Shown: positions 1 through 17,554 of the stretch, one piece after another
Layout of the letters: the number at the start of each line of letters is the position of its first letter
How positions within the stretch are numbered: the first letter of the stretch is position 1
DNA from: the human T2T-CHM13v2.0 reference genome, Homo sapiens
Direction: 5' to 3' (one strand)
Length of the DNA: 64,000 nucleotides
NCBI RefSeq assembly: GCF_009914755.1
Contig: NC_060945.1
Program-made: the position numbers and the translations under genes
The notes under the pieces: generated by a model
What the model was told of the DNA's origin: nothing
The model's input: the letters and a program-made list of their open reading frames with translations, nothing else
The model's database searches: none

Positions 1-137
1 AGAGCTTCATTGAGTTTACTAACTAGTATCACCAAAATCACCATCCAAGGGAAGGGAATGTAGCCCTAAGAGCCTTACAAGTAAAGTAGGCCAGCAACAC
101 TTTCTTTGTTAGAAATTAAGGGAAACCACTTTCCTTC

Positions 138-1040
<903 letters not shown>

Positions 1041-1203
1041 ATCCTCACTGTTAAAGTTGTGTCTGTTAGATCTTATTCTTCAAAGAACAGAGACAAAAAT
1101 AAGCCTGTGTTCTTTGTTCCTTGCTTCTTCTAATTTTTCTTTAGTATTAATGTCAATATTTTATCATATGCACCATCTAATTTCTGGTAATATCAAGACT
1201 CTT

Positions 1204-1207
<4 letters not shown>

Positions 1208-1245
<38 letters not shown>

Positions 1246-1250
1246 ATATA
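1208..1250. repeat. (TA)n microsatellite
   Basis: Run of TA dinucleotides read directly. Confidence 0.95.
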
Positions 1251-1254
1251 TAAC

Positions 1255-1624
1255 TTAACTGGTTTGTTCTTATGCTGCTAATAAAGATATACCCAATACT
1301 GGGTAGTTTATAAAGAAAAGAGGTTTAATGGACTCACATTTTACATGGCTGGGGAGGCCACAGGAAACTTATAATCATGGTGGTAGAGAAAGCAGATGCG
1401 TCCTTCTTCACATGATGACAGGAGACAGAATAAGAGTAAAGGAGGGAAAAGCCCCTTATAAAACCGTCAGATCATGTGAGAATTCACTCACTCTCATGAG
1501 AACAGCATGAGGGTAACTGCCCCCATGATTTAATTAGTTTCCACCAGGTCGCTCCCATGATATGTGGGAATTATGGGAATAGTTCAAGATGAGATTTGGG
1601 TGGGGACACAGCCAAACCATATCA
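1255..1624 (-). mobile_element. THE1/MST-type MaLR solo LTR
   Basis: Ends ...gagatttgggtggggacacagccaaaccatatca, the reverse complement of the THE1 LTR start. Confidence 0.9.
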
Positions 1625-1884
1625 AGGGTCAATATCTATCAATATAAAATTTCCCTTTGTAGACTGGGAGGTTAAAAATCTACTTTTTGTGATATATAAT
1701 TCATTTTACACGCATTGGGTAATGTAATATCCAGTGATAAGATAGTGTTCTTGTTGCTTCTGTTAGACTATCACAACAGTCCCCAAACTTTTCCAATTTT
1801 TAAATAATCACAATAGAGAAAATCTAGTATAATATTAATGTTTATATCATTACCACTTATGCTACTTTGGGGCATCATTTTTTA

Positions 1885-2198
1885 TATATTTTATTTTATT
1901 TATTTTTTATTTTTTAGAGACAGAGTCTTGCTGTATTGCCCAGGTTAGAGGTCAGTGGCATGATTATAGTTCACTGCAACCTCAAATTCCTGGGCTCAAG
2001 CAATTCTGCCTCAGCCTCCCAAGTAGCTGAAACTACAGGCATGTGCCACCGTGCCTGGCTAATTTTTTTTCTTTTTTTTTTAGTGACAAGGTTTCACTAG
2101 GTTGCCTAAGCTGCTCTCAAACTTCTGGGCTCAAGCAATCCTCCCACCTTGACCTCCGAAAGCACTGGGATTACAGGTATAAGCCACCATACCTGGCC
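1885..2198 (-). mobile_element. AluJ
   Basis: T-rich tail, gggctcaagcaat motifs typical of AluJ, ends cctggcc. Confidence 0.92.
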
Positions 2199-2649
2199 TC
2201 AATATTATTTTAATACTTATCACACTAACTTGTGAAACAAAAAAGTTCTTATTAAATTGTGTTGTTCAACATTATAAATGCTTTTATCGAGAGATTCACA
2301 TATAGAAGACAAAAAAAAGTAGTTTGAAAGTAAAATGGAAAGTAAATATCAAATGAATATTTGTTATTAAGACGTCCTAAAATTTCAGTGTGGCCTTGGA
2401 AAAATCCAACCTTGATGTTACTAAAATTTGAGAATTAAGCTTTATGTATATAGTAAAAACTAGTTTGAACAAATTTTTCCTCAGGTTACACTGACTTGAA
2501 TTGATTAACCAGTTGGCAGATTTGATAAATTAACTTGGTTAGTAGTGACATAAAAGTTAACATATAATGAGTATTTTATAATAAATGCAAGCTTGTGTAC
2601 TTGAAACACCTGAGCACAGATTTTGTTACTCTAAATGGGAGAAGGCTGA

Positions 2650-3102
<453 letters not shown>

Positions 3103-3199
3103 TAGTTCAGGACCCATGTGACTGATAATGTACTTCTCCATTCTTCATTATCATTCTTTATCTAAACTCCTACAGGTCTAAATTCATTCTATGCCAGAA

Positions 3200-3533
3200 A
3201 TGCAACAGACTGAAAATATCGTGTCCCCCAGAATTCATATGTTGAAACATAATCATTGGTGTGATGGTATTTGCAGGTGGGGCCTTTAAGCAGTGATTAG
3301 GTCATGAGTACAGAGTCCTCATGAATGGGATTAATATCTTAATAAAAGAGACCCCAGAGAGCTCCCTCACTTCTTCTGCCATGTGACAACAGTGATAAGT
3401 TGGCCATCTATGCACCTGCTGGCATCTTGATCTTGGACTTCCCAGCTTCCAGAAGTACAAGAAATACATTTCTGTTGTTTATAAGCCACCCAGTCTATGC
3501 TATTCTGTTATAGCAGCCTGAATGGAATAAGAC
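3200..3533 (+). mobile_element. MLT1A-like MaLR LTR
   Basis: aattcatatgttgaaa...cttggacttcccagc...ttatagcagcctgaatggaataagaca. Confidence 0.85.
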
Positions 3534-3535
3534 AG

Positions 3536-3910
3536 CTGCTATGGTTTGAATATGTTCCCTTAAAGTTAACGTGTTGAAAATTTGTCATTGTTACAGTACT
3601 AAGAAGAGGGACCCTTGAGAGGTAAGTGGATTAATGCTTTTATTGTGGGAGTGTGGGAGTTATTGCAAGAGTTCAGCCCCCTTTTTCTCTCTCTGTCTCA
3701 AGCACTCATGTGCCCTTCCATATTTTTACTCTGCCACCCCTCTGCCACCCCTCTGCCATAGAATAATGTAGCATGAAGGCCCTTGCAAGAGGTTGGAACC
3801 ATGCTTTTGGACTTCCCATCCTTCAAAACTATGAGCCAAATAAACTTCTATTGTTTGTAAATTACCCAGTCTCGGTTACTCTGTTATAGCAGTAGAAAAT
3901 GAGCTAAGGT
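3536..3910 (+). mobile_element. MST(C/D)-like MaLR LTR
   Basis: tgctatggtttgaat start; ends ...aattacccagtctc...gttatagcagtagaaaatgagctaag. Confidence 0.8.
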
Positions 3911-3979
3911 AACAACATAGGATTCAAAATGATGGTGATGACAGTGACAATAAAAATGAAAATGATTATGATGATAGCT

Positions 3980-4115
3980 TTGCACATTGAGTCCTTAATA
4001 TGCTCTTAATACTTGCTTCACAAGTGTTATTTAGTTAATCCTCATAACAATTATGATAACATAGACAAGGCATGATAATGATGTCCATTTTAAAGGAGGG
4101 GAAAATGAGGCACAG
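3980..4115 (-). mobile_element. MIR fragment
   Basis: aatcctcataacaa...ccatttt...gaaaatgaggcacag core. Confidence 0.55.
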
Positions 4116-5419
4116 CAATTTTTCATTGTTTAATGTAGAAAAAACAGTAAATTAAAGCATTAAAACCTGTAATTGAGCCCCAACTCTGCCATAAAATCCT
4201 ATCATCTCTAAAGTTGATCTCTATGAGTTACTAAAATAACACATAATTTTTTTATTTATGAAGTAAGGTGGTTGAACAAGATTTTTTTTTTCATTTTATC
4301 AGCCATTACATATTTGTCTTATCTAATGTTGAAATCCAGGGCTATATTTAATATAACTATTTTCTCATTAACCGCAAAAGTAGAAGCAGCTCAACAAATA
4401 ATGCTGAATTTCTATGAACTCTAATTTAAAAGGGAACAAAAATGCTAGTCTCCGTATTAGAAGCTTTTATCAACTACATCATTAAGTCCTCTTTTCTGAT
4501 GTTCTTGAACTTGTGAAATTCTCCTACAATACCTCTAACTCTGTGACCAATGTTTCTTTCATCATGATAATATGTCTTCTTTACTAATTTATTACTATAT
4601 GTAAGATCCAAGAAATTTATGTAATTTTCTATTAAAGTTCTGCATGCTATTGAAATGAGTTGTTCATTTCTAGATATTCAATAATTTTCATGATTATTTC
4701 TCTAATTTTTGCAAAAATCTGGTTTTTCACCTATGAAAGCCAAATTCTGGCTTCTGTAGCAATCTATCATTTGACAATATATTAGCTTAAATGATGAAGT
4801 GCTTTCTTAAATGCCAAGTAAACAGTGTCATAAAAAAAACTGCCCGTGTCAATCTGCAATAGAATCTTATACTAAGAGCTAAGGTTAATTAGGAAGAAAT
4901 CCGTCCTCCTAAATCCAAAAAAGTTGAACATAATAAAGAATAGATCAATTACTAGATATATGTCAAGAACATGAATCCATAGATTGAATATTTGGCAATG
5001 ATGTCAAAAAGTCCAAATCACCAAACATAAGAAAAGACTAATTAAAAGTTTCAAATGTAAATCATATATAAATGAAGGAGTAAAAAATTATTTTTGTATA
5101 ATTGTTCAACTGCGTATTAATCTAAGCTGTTTAAAAACATATTTCCCTATCTACTGTTATAAGATATATTTCTAAGTAATAACCTGGATTAAGGAATGAA
5201 CATGAAAATACCTGTCTTTATAGAATGTCCTCAATATATAATGACTAATCTTGAAAATATGATGAAAGATACTTCATAATTTTAGTAACAAAATAAAAAT
5301 AGTTGTAAATATCTACTTAAAAGTTAATGAGATTTTCACATTTAATATTTTTAATTATACACGTTTATCATCCCCTATTTTAAAAGGACTTCCAAGTATT
5401 TGCAATTAAAAATATTTTA

Positions 5420-5620
5420 GTATACCCTATGTGTCAAATATTTTGCTTAGAATTGTACATGCCCTATCTCATTTTACATTCACAGTAATTCCATTAAGTA
5501 CTGTTATAATTATCCCCATGTAACACATGAGGAAAATAACGTTGAAAGATTACACAATTTGCCACACAGTTAGTAGCAGAGGTGAAATTTGCCACCAGAA
5601 TTCGAACGTTAAATCACTTA
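5420..5620 (-). mobile_element. MIR fragment
   Basis: attatccccat...atgaggaaa...cacagttagtagcagag core. Confidence 0.6.
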
Positions 5621-6287
5621 ACAATGCTTTTAATTTCAAGACAGAAGTCAGTCTTTGACAAGCTGATTTTACCTGTTCTCTGAAATTGTTTATATGCTTT
5701 AGTTTCTGCAAGCCACATAAGACTTCATTTATTTAGCCATTCATTCACTGTCAAGAAATATTAAGCCAAACTATATGTTTGAGTATCATGTTAAGCACGG
5801 GACAAAGTGTCATGCTCATTATTTCCCAGAACATCCCACGTTCATTCTACTTTTACACTTTATTTTTATCCCACGTCTTTTGCCTGAAATGTTTCCACCC
5901 ACTTAGCACCATTTTAAGGTCCGTCCACATGACCTACTTAAAATGTTATTTCCCTTAGAGAATAAGTCTTCCTTTGAATGCCAATAGCCCTTATTATACT
6001 TACCACATATTTGGAAATTAAATAAAACTAACCACTTTTATTATTTATACTTTTACAAGAATAATAAGCCCTTGAGAGAAGGGTTATCCTAAAGTCCCAT
6101 CCCTGGCACTCTTCCCTGCCAACAGAAAGCACTCCAAAAATATATATAGATGATAAGATAATGATGTAGTAGTTTATTTAAACCAGTTTTTTAAAATTGA
6201 TATAAACTTTAGAGGCAAGATAAAAAATGAAAAACATCTTAAAAGTATCAAAAGGAATAACAAGATACTAAATATTAAGCTAAAATG

Positions 6288-6407
6288 TGACCATGTATTG
6301 TGGTCTACACCTATAATCCTAGTGCTTTGGGAAGCCAAGGTGAGAGAATCACCTGAGACCAGAAGTTCAAGACCAGCCTGGTCAATATAGCAAGACCCCA
6401 TCTCTAA

Positions 6408-6459
<52 letters not shown>

Positions 6460-6506
6460 TAGCCTGGCCTGGTGGCACACGCTGTAAAAATAAAATTACA
6501 AAAAGA
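6288..6506 (+). mobile_element. Shortened AluJ with (AAT)n-expanded linker
   Basis: Left monomer, (AAT)n at ~6408-6456, ~30 nt of right monomer, A-rich tail, TSD at 6270-6287 / 6507-6524. Confidence 0.85.
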
Positions 6507-7099
6507 AAATATTAACTTAAAATGAGCAACCATAGAAGTAACCAGGGTATAAACCCTCAGCTGGTGATAAACTCAGTTGGTTTTAGTGGTCTCATAGGGT
6601 GAGAGGAAAAGAAGCTAAAGTCTGGGCTTACCCAAAACGCTGAAATTTAATAAGGCACTCCAATATTAAGCAAGGATACCAAAATAATATGCTACCAAGA
6701 TAAAGATGAAATAAAAGTAAACACCCCTACCCCCAAGGACCTGAAAATAAGTTTTTTTCTAACAGAATAAGCAGAGAAAAGAAAAAGGAAGCAGTCCTCA
6801 GAGATTATAAATCTGAAGCCACAAGCCAACCTCTTGGGCACTTATGTCTCAAACTTACATCACATGGGTGATGAAGAAAACAAAATAAATTTTTAAAAAA
6901 AGAAATAATGAGAAAAACTTAAATTGAGAATTTGGTTTTTAGCTTTCCAGAGTGGTTGTGTCTTGATATACCTGTCAGAAACAGATACACATCTTCTCTA
7001 GAGGATACATTTTTACCTTGAGACTCAAACTCCTCATTAATAGAATTTCAAAGCCAATGAACAACACAGAGCTAAACTAAGTACACCCACACATGCACA

Positions 7100-7350
7100 C
7101 ACCCCACCACCACCACTACCATGAGCATAAACCTGCAGAAACAACAGACACCCACATAAATCTATAAAAATACTGATATAAGCTTATCAGACACAGATGT
7201 TTTCAATGTTTAAAGAAATTAAAAACAAGCTTGAAAATATCTGCAGAATACAGAAAACTATGAGAAGTTTGGCAAAAAATCAAATACATATTTTGGAATT
7301 AAAAACTATATAACCAACAAAATTCAAACTCAATGTATAGTTTTAACCAT
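7100..7350 (+). mobile_element. Ancient L1M ORF1 remnant
   Basis: A-rich ttatcagacacaga...aatgtttaaagaaat...ggaattaaaaactata...aaactcaatg, typical of degraded L1 ORF1. Confidence 0.5.
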
Positions 7351-7729
7351 CAAGTCCTCACAAGAAAGGTTAATGGGAAACATGCAAAATGATAGATTAG
7401 AAGTATGTGAAATTCATGTGTACTTGAGGCTGAGCAATGCTGCCACAGAGCATAGGAAAACTCTTGCTATGGTTTTTTGCTATTTTTGTATGGTATAATA
7501 ATATGGCTATTTATTTATTGTTTGTAAACACTTATTTTTCAAAAAAAAATTCAACAGTAATAGCTTCAGAATTCTCACTTTTAATGTATAATAAAGTATT
7601 TTTCAAGGAAGTTGATAATAAATAGGTTACTTGCACCAAATGTATGTTAATATTTTCCACATAACATGAAACCATAGTGACATCAGTGACATGAAATTAT
7701 TAGAATCATCTTCAAAAGTTACTAGCCAG

Positions 7730-9795
7730 TCACATCAGGAAGATGGAAGAATTAGAAGTTCCAACCCTCATGCCCCACAAAGAAAAGCCAATTTTGGCAA
7801 TAACTCAGATAAGAATACTTCTGTGAGAGCCCCAAAGTCTAAATGAAAGTTCCAGAACTCCAGTGGAGCACAAAACCTGAGTGAACCCAATCAGAAGGGT
7901 AAAAAGAACAGTTTCACTTCACTCACATAACCTCTCTCCAAATGTAGCACAGCTTGGTGATAAGAGACGCACCCTCAGCCCACAATTTCTCCAACATGGA
8001 AAAGTGAGAGAGAAGTACGTGCCCAGTTTCCCCAACCTTGGGAATGCTGTCCACCAAAACACTGAGGGAAGTGGAACAACTGAATGGCCTGGGGGGAGTT
8101 AGAAGGAGAGAGAAAGGGTAGGAAATCATAGCAAATGAAATGCTAATTTCAATAGCTAGCCACAGATCATGCTAACCCACATAAGGACACCACCAAGAGG
8201 TCTGTTCATGAACCCCACACAACAATTAGCCTATGAACTTATCCAACAAGCCAACATATACATCCAGCACTCCTTGTGTACCCCTCTGGAAGATGTCATG
8301 CAATACATCCCCATTCATGGTACCTGCATGTTCCCACATGTGTGATAGCATATGATCACAATAGCAAGTACAGATCTTAGTAGTTGGCTCAAGTGGTAGA
8401 TTAGAAAATGGTGTACAACCTTGAACAGTTCAGTGCATGGGCCTAGGGAAAATAAATCAGAGACTCTCAGAACCAGGCCTGACTTTGCAAGATTGAGAGA
8501 AGGTACATGACACAAAAATTTCCTCCACAAGAAGAATAAGAGAAGTGGAGCAGAAGTGGATGTATCTGCACAGAAGGTCTGAGAGATCCCAGAATCTTTT
8601 ATCCATCTCCTAGCAAAGGTCTTTCACTCCAGAAACCATTCAGTAAAGACTGGAGGAGATTACTACTTCTTCCAATGTGAAGACAGTAATGCATGCCTTC
8701 AAGAAACTAGAGGAAGCAAGGAAATTAAACACTACCCAAGGGAAAAAATGAAGTTTGAATGACTAGCTCCAAAGAAATGGAGATATATAAATTGCCTGAA
8801 AAAGAAATCAAAGTAACTGTCAGTGAAGCTCAACAAGCTACAAAAGAACAAAGACAATAAACAATGTCAGGAAAACAATATATGAACAAAATGATAAGTT
8901 CAACAGAAATAGTAATCATAAAAAAAGAATCAAATAGAAATTATGGAGCTGAAGAATCCAATGTCCAAAGTGAAAAATACAATAGAGAGCTTCAACAGAA
9001 GACTTGATCAAGCAAAAAAAAAAAAAAAAGAGTAAGCAAACTCAGAGACAGATCATTTGAAATTATCCAATCAGAGGAACAATAACATCAGAAAGAGTGA
9101 AGAAAGAAAACAGGGCTTAAGAGACACCATCTAGAAAATGAATATATGCATTATGAAGGCTACAGAAGGAGAAAGGCAGAGAAAACTTATTTTATGTTAA
9201 AAATAATTACGTAAAATTTCTCAAATCTGTATAGGGAAATGAGCTTTCAGATTCATAAAGACTAAAGAGTCTTAAATATGTTTAATATAAGGGGGTCTCC
9301 ATTGGGACACATTATAATCACATTGTAAAAAGTCAAAGACAGAGAATTTTGAAAACAATAAGAAAAAAGTGATTTTTCATATACAAGGCAACTACTATAA
9401 GTCTATAAGCATATTTCTTAGCAGAAACTTTACAGACCAGGAGAGAGTGAGATGATAAATATTTAAAGTGCTTAAAGAAAACAAAATCACTGAGAATACA
9501 ATGTCTAGAAGAAAGTCTTTACCTATCAATTATTACTTTAAATATGACTGGATTAAGTTCATGAATCAAATACCTATAGTGGCTGAATGGACTTTAATAA
9601 AACATGATCTAACTACATACCACTTCTAAGAAACTCCCCTTTAGCTTGAAGGACACACGTAAGCTGAAAATAAAGGACAAATGGGTTCTTTATTACAAAA
9701 TTAAATGGTAAAATTATAAATATCTTGAAAAAAACAAAAATGGAAATGCAACATAACAAAACTAATGAGATGCAGCAAAAGCAGCTCTAAAAGGG
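7730..9795 (+). mobile_element. Old L1M element: 5'UTR, ORF1 and start of ORF2 (host of nested insertions)
   Basis: aagatggaagaattagaag 5'UTR start; ORF1-like at 8690-9500; endonuclease-like start at ~9510. Confidence 0.75.
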
Positions 9796-9796
9796 A

Positions 9797-11750
9797 TTTT
9801 TTTAAATTAATTTTTCTTTTTTCACTTTTGTGGGTCCATGTTAGGTGTATATATTTATGAGTCATGTTAGATATTTTGATACAGGTATGCAATGTGTAAC
9901 AATAACATTAGGGTAAATAGAGTATCCACCACCTCAAGCATTTATCCTTTGTGTTTCAAACAATTATATTATACACTTAGTTGTTTTTAAATAAACAATT
10001 AAATTATTTTGCTGTAGTCTTTCTGTTGTGCTAGGAAATACCAGTTCTTACTTATTCTTTCTAACTATTTTTGTACCTATTAACCATCCACCTTCCTCCA
10101 TACCATCCCCACTTCCAACTATCCTTCCCAGCCTCTGGTAACCATCTTTCTAGTCTCTAACTCCATGAGTTCAATTGTTTTAATTTTTAGCTCCCAGAAA
10201 TAAGTGAGAACATGCAATGTTTCTCTTTCTGTGTGTGGTTAATTTCATTTAACATAATGACCTCCAGTTCCATCCATAATAACATAATAATGTAATAACG
10301 CAATAATGCAAATGATTGGATGTCACTTTTAATGGCTGAATAATATTCCACTGTGTATGTGTACCACATTTTCTTTATCTGTTGATGGACACTTAGGCTG
10401 CTTCCAAATCTTGGCTGTTGTAAATAGTGCTTCAATAAACCTGGGAAGGTGGGTATCAGTTCAATATACTGTTTTTCTTTATTTTGGGAATAGACCTATG
10501 AGCAGAATTGCTAGTTCACATGGTAGCCCTATTTTTATTATTTTGAGGAACCCTCCATACTGTTCTCCATAGCGGTTGTACTAATTTACATTTCCACCAA
10601 CAATGTATGATGGTTCTTTTTTCTTCACATTCCTGTCAACATTAGTTATTGCCTGTCTTCTGGATATAAGCCATTTTAAGTGGGGTGAGAAGATATTGCA
10701 TTTTAGGTCTGATTTGCATTTCTCTTATGATCAGTGATTTTGAGCACCTTTTCTTTTACCTGTTTGCCATTTGTATGTCTTCTTTTGAGAAATGTCTATT
10801 CAAATTACTTGCCCATTTTTTAATCAGATTATTAAATTTTTTTCCCTATACAGTTGTTTGAGCTCCTTATAGATTCTGGTTATTAATCCCTTGTCAGATG
10901 GGTAGTTTATAAATATTTTCTCTAATTCTATGGGTTTTCTCTTCACTTTGCTGGTTATTTCCTTTGCTATGCAGAAGCGTTTTAGCTTGATATAATCGCA
11001 TTTGTCTATTTTTACTTTGCTTGCCTATGCCTGTGTGGTATTGCTCAAGATGTCTTTGTCCACTCCAATGTCTTGAAGAGTTTCCCCAGTGTTTTCTTGT
11101 AGTAGTTTCATAGTTCGTGGACTTAGATTAAGTGTTTAACTAATTTTGATTTGATTTTTCTATATGGCAAGAGATAGGGGTCTAGGTTTATTCTTCCACT
11201 ATGGATATTCAGTTTTCTCAGTACTATTTATTGAAGAGACTTCTTTTCCCAAAGTATGCTCCTGGAACATTTGTCAAAAAAGAGTTCAGGGTAGATGTAT
11301 GTATTTATTTCTGGGTTCTCCATTCTGTTCCATTGGTCAATGTGTCTCTTTTTATGCCAGTAGCATGCTGCTTTGGTTACTATAACTCTGTAGTATAACA
11401 TGGAGTCAGGTTATGTGATTCTTCCAGTTTTATTCTTTTTGCTCAGCATAGCTTTGGCTATTCTGGGTCTTTTGTGGCTCCATATACATTTTAGGATTGC
11501 TTTATCTATTTCTGTGAAGAAAATCCTTGGTATATTGACAGAAATTGCATTAAGTCTACAAATTGCTTTGTGTAGTATGGATACTTTAACAATACTAATT
11601 CATCCAATCCATGAACATGGAAGCTCTTTCCATTTTTCTTGTGTCCTATTTACTTTCTTGCATTAATATTTTAAACTTATTATCGTAGAGGTCTTTCGCT
11701 TCAGATAAATCCAACTTGGTTATGATTATGATCTTTTTAATGGATTATTG
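9797..11750 (-). mobile_element. L1MA-type 3' portion (end of ORF2 and 3'UTR)
   Basis: T-rich tail at 9797-9830; antisense L1 ORF2 C-terminal peptides in the ORF track (10187-10435). Confidence 0.9.
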
Positions 11751-11751
11751 A

Positions 11752-11892
11752 TCATAAAGCTGTTAGAACTCACAAACAAGTTCAATAAAGTTGCAGGATA
11801 CAAAATCCACATACAAAATTCAGTTACATTTCTATACACTAACAACACACACTATACTTTAATAAATTAAGAATATAGTCCCATTTAAAATG
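11752..11892 (+). mobile_element. Host L1M ORF2 fragment
   Basis: ctgttagaact...aaagttgcaggatacaaaatc...cccatttaaaat; continues at 17555. Confidence 0.75.
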
Positions 11893-12363
11893 GGGGCAGG
11901 GAATAGCCAAACAAAAGGCAGCAGAAAACTCTGCAGACTTAAATGTCCCTGTCTGCCAGCTTTGAAGAGAGTAGTGGTTCTCCTAGCATGCAGCTGGAGA
12001 TCTGAGAACGGACAGACTGCTTCCTCAAGTGAGTCCCTGACCCTCGAGTAGCCTAACTGGGAGGCACCCCTCAGTGGGGGCAGACTGACACTCACATGGC
12101 TGGGTACTCCTCTGAGACAAAACTTTCAGAGGAATGATCAGGCAGCAACATTTGCTGTTCACCAATATCTGCTGATCTGCAGCCTCCACTGCTGATACCC
12201 AGGCAAACAGGGTCTGGAGTAGACCTCCAGCAAACTCCAACAGACCTGCAGCTGAGGGTCCTGCCTGTTAGAAGGAAAACTAATGAACAGAAAGGACATC
12301 CACACCAAAACCCCATCTGCACATCACCATCTTCAAAGACCAAAGGTAGATAAAACCACAAAG

Positions 12364-13378
12364 ATGGGGGAAAGACAGAGCAGAAAAATTGGAAACTCTA
12401 AAAATCAGAGCACCTCTCCTCCTCCAAAGGAATGCAGCTCCTCACCAGCAATGGAACAAAACTGGATGGAGAATGACTTTGACGAGTTGAGAGAAGAAGG
12501 CTTCAGACGACCAAACCACTCTGAGCTAAAGGAGGAAGTTCGAACCCATGGCAAAGAAGTTAAAAACTTTGAAAAAAAATTAGAAGAATAGCTAACTAGA
12601 ATAACCAATGCAGAGAAGTCCTTAAAGGACCTGATGGAGCTGAAAACCATGGCATGAGAAATATGTGACAAATGCACATGCCTCAGTAGATGATTCAATC
12701 AACTGGAGGAAAGGGTATCAGTGATGGAAGATCAAATGAATGAAATGAAGCGAGAAGAGAAGTTTAGAGAAAAAAGAATAAAAAGAAATGAACAAAGCCT
12801 CCAAGAAATATGGGACTATGTGAAAAGACCAAATCTACATCTGAATAGTGTACCTGAAAGTGACAAGGAGAATGGAACCAAGTTGGAAAACACTCTGCAG
12901 GATATTATGCAGGAGCACTTTCCCAATCTAGCAAGGCAAGCCAGCATTCAAATTCAGGAAATACAGAGAATGCCACAAAGATACTCCTTGAGAAGAGCAA
13001 CTCCAAGACACAATTGTCAGATTCACCAAAGTTCAAATGAGGGAAAAAATGTTAGGGGCAGCCAGAGAGAAAGGTCGGGTTAGCCACAAAGGGAAGCCCA
13101 TCAGACTAACAGCTGATCTCTCAGCAGAAACTCTACAAGCCAGAAGAGAATGGGGGCCAATATTCAACATTCTTAAAGGAAAGAATTTACAACCGAGAAT
13201 TTCATATCCAGCCAAACTAAGCTTCATAAATGAAGGAGAAATAAAATCCTTTACAGACAAGCAAATGCTGACAGATTTTGTCACCACCAGGCCTGCCCTA
13301 AAAGAGCTCCTGAAGGAAGCGCTAAACATGGAAAGGAACAACCAGTACCAGCCACTGCAAAAACATGACAAATTGTAA
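12364..13378 (+). pseudogene. L1 ORF1p, disrupted
   Basis: MGERQSRK... start; stop at 12589-12591; frameshift at ~13010; C-terminal PIRLTADLSAETLQARREW motif. Confidence 0.95.
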
Positions 13379-13441
13379 AGGCCATCGAGTCTACGAAGGA
13401 GCTGCATCAACTAACGAGAAAAATAACCAGCTAACATCATA

Positions 13442-17276
<3,835 letters not shown>

Positions 17277-17554
17277 ACAATGAGAACACATGGACACAGG
17301 AAGGGGAACATCACACACCGGGGACTGTTGTGGGGTGGGAGGAGGGGGGAGGGATAGCATTAGGAGATATACCTAATGTTAAATGAAGAGCTAATGGGTG
17401 CAGCACTCCAATATGGCACATGTATACATATGTAACAAACCTGCATGTTGTGCACATGTACTCTAAAACTTAAAGTATAATTAAAAAAAAGAAAGAAAAT
17501 ACAACTGTAAGAAAGACCATAACAAAATAAAAAAATAAAATAAAAAATAAAATG

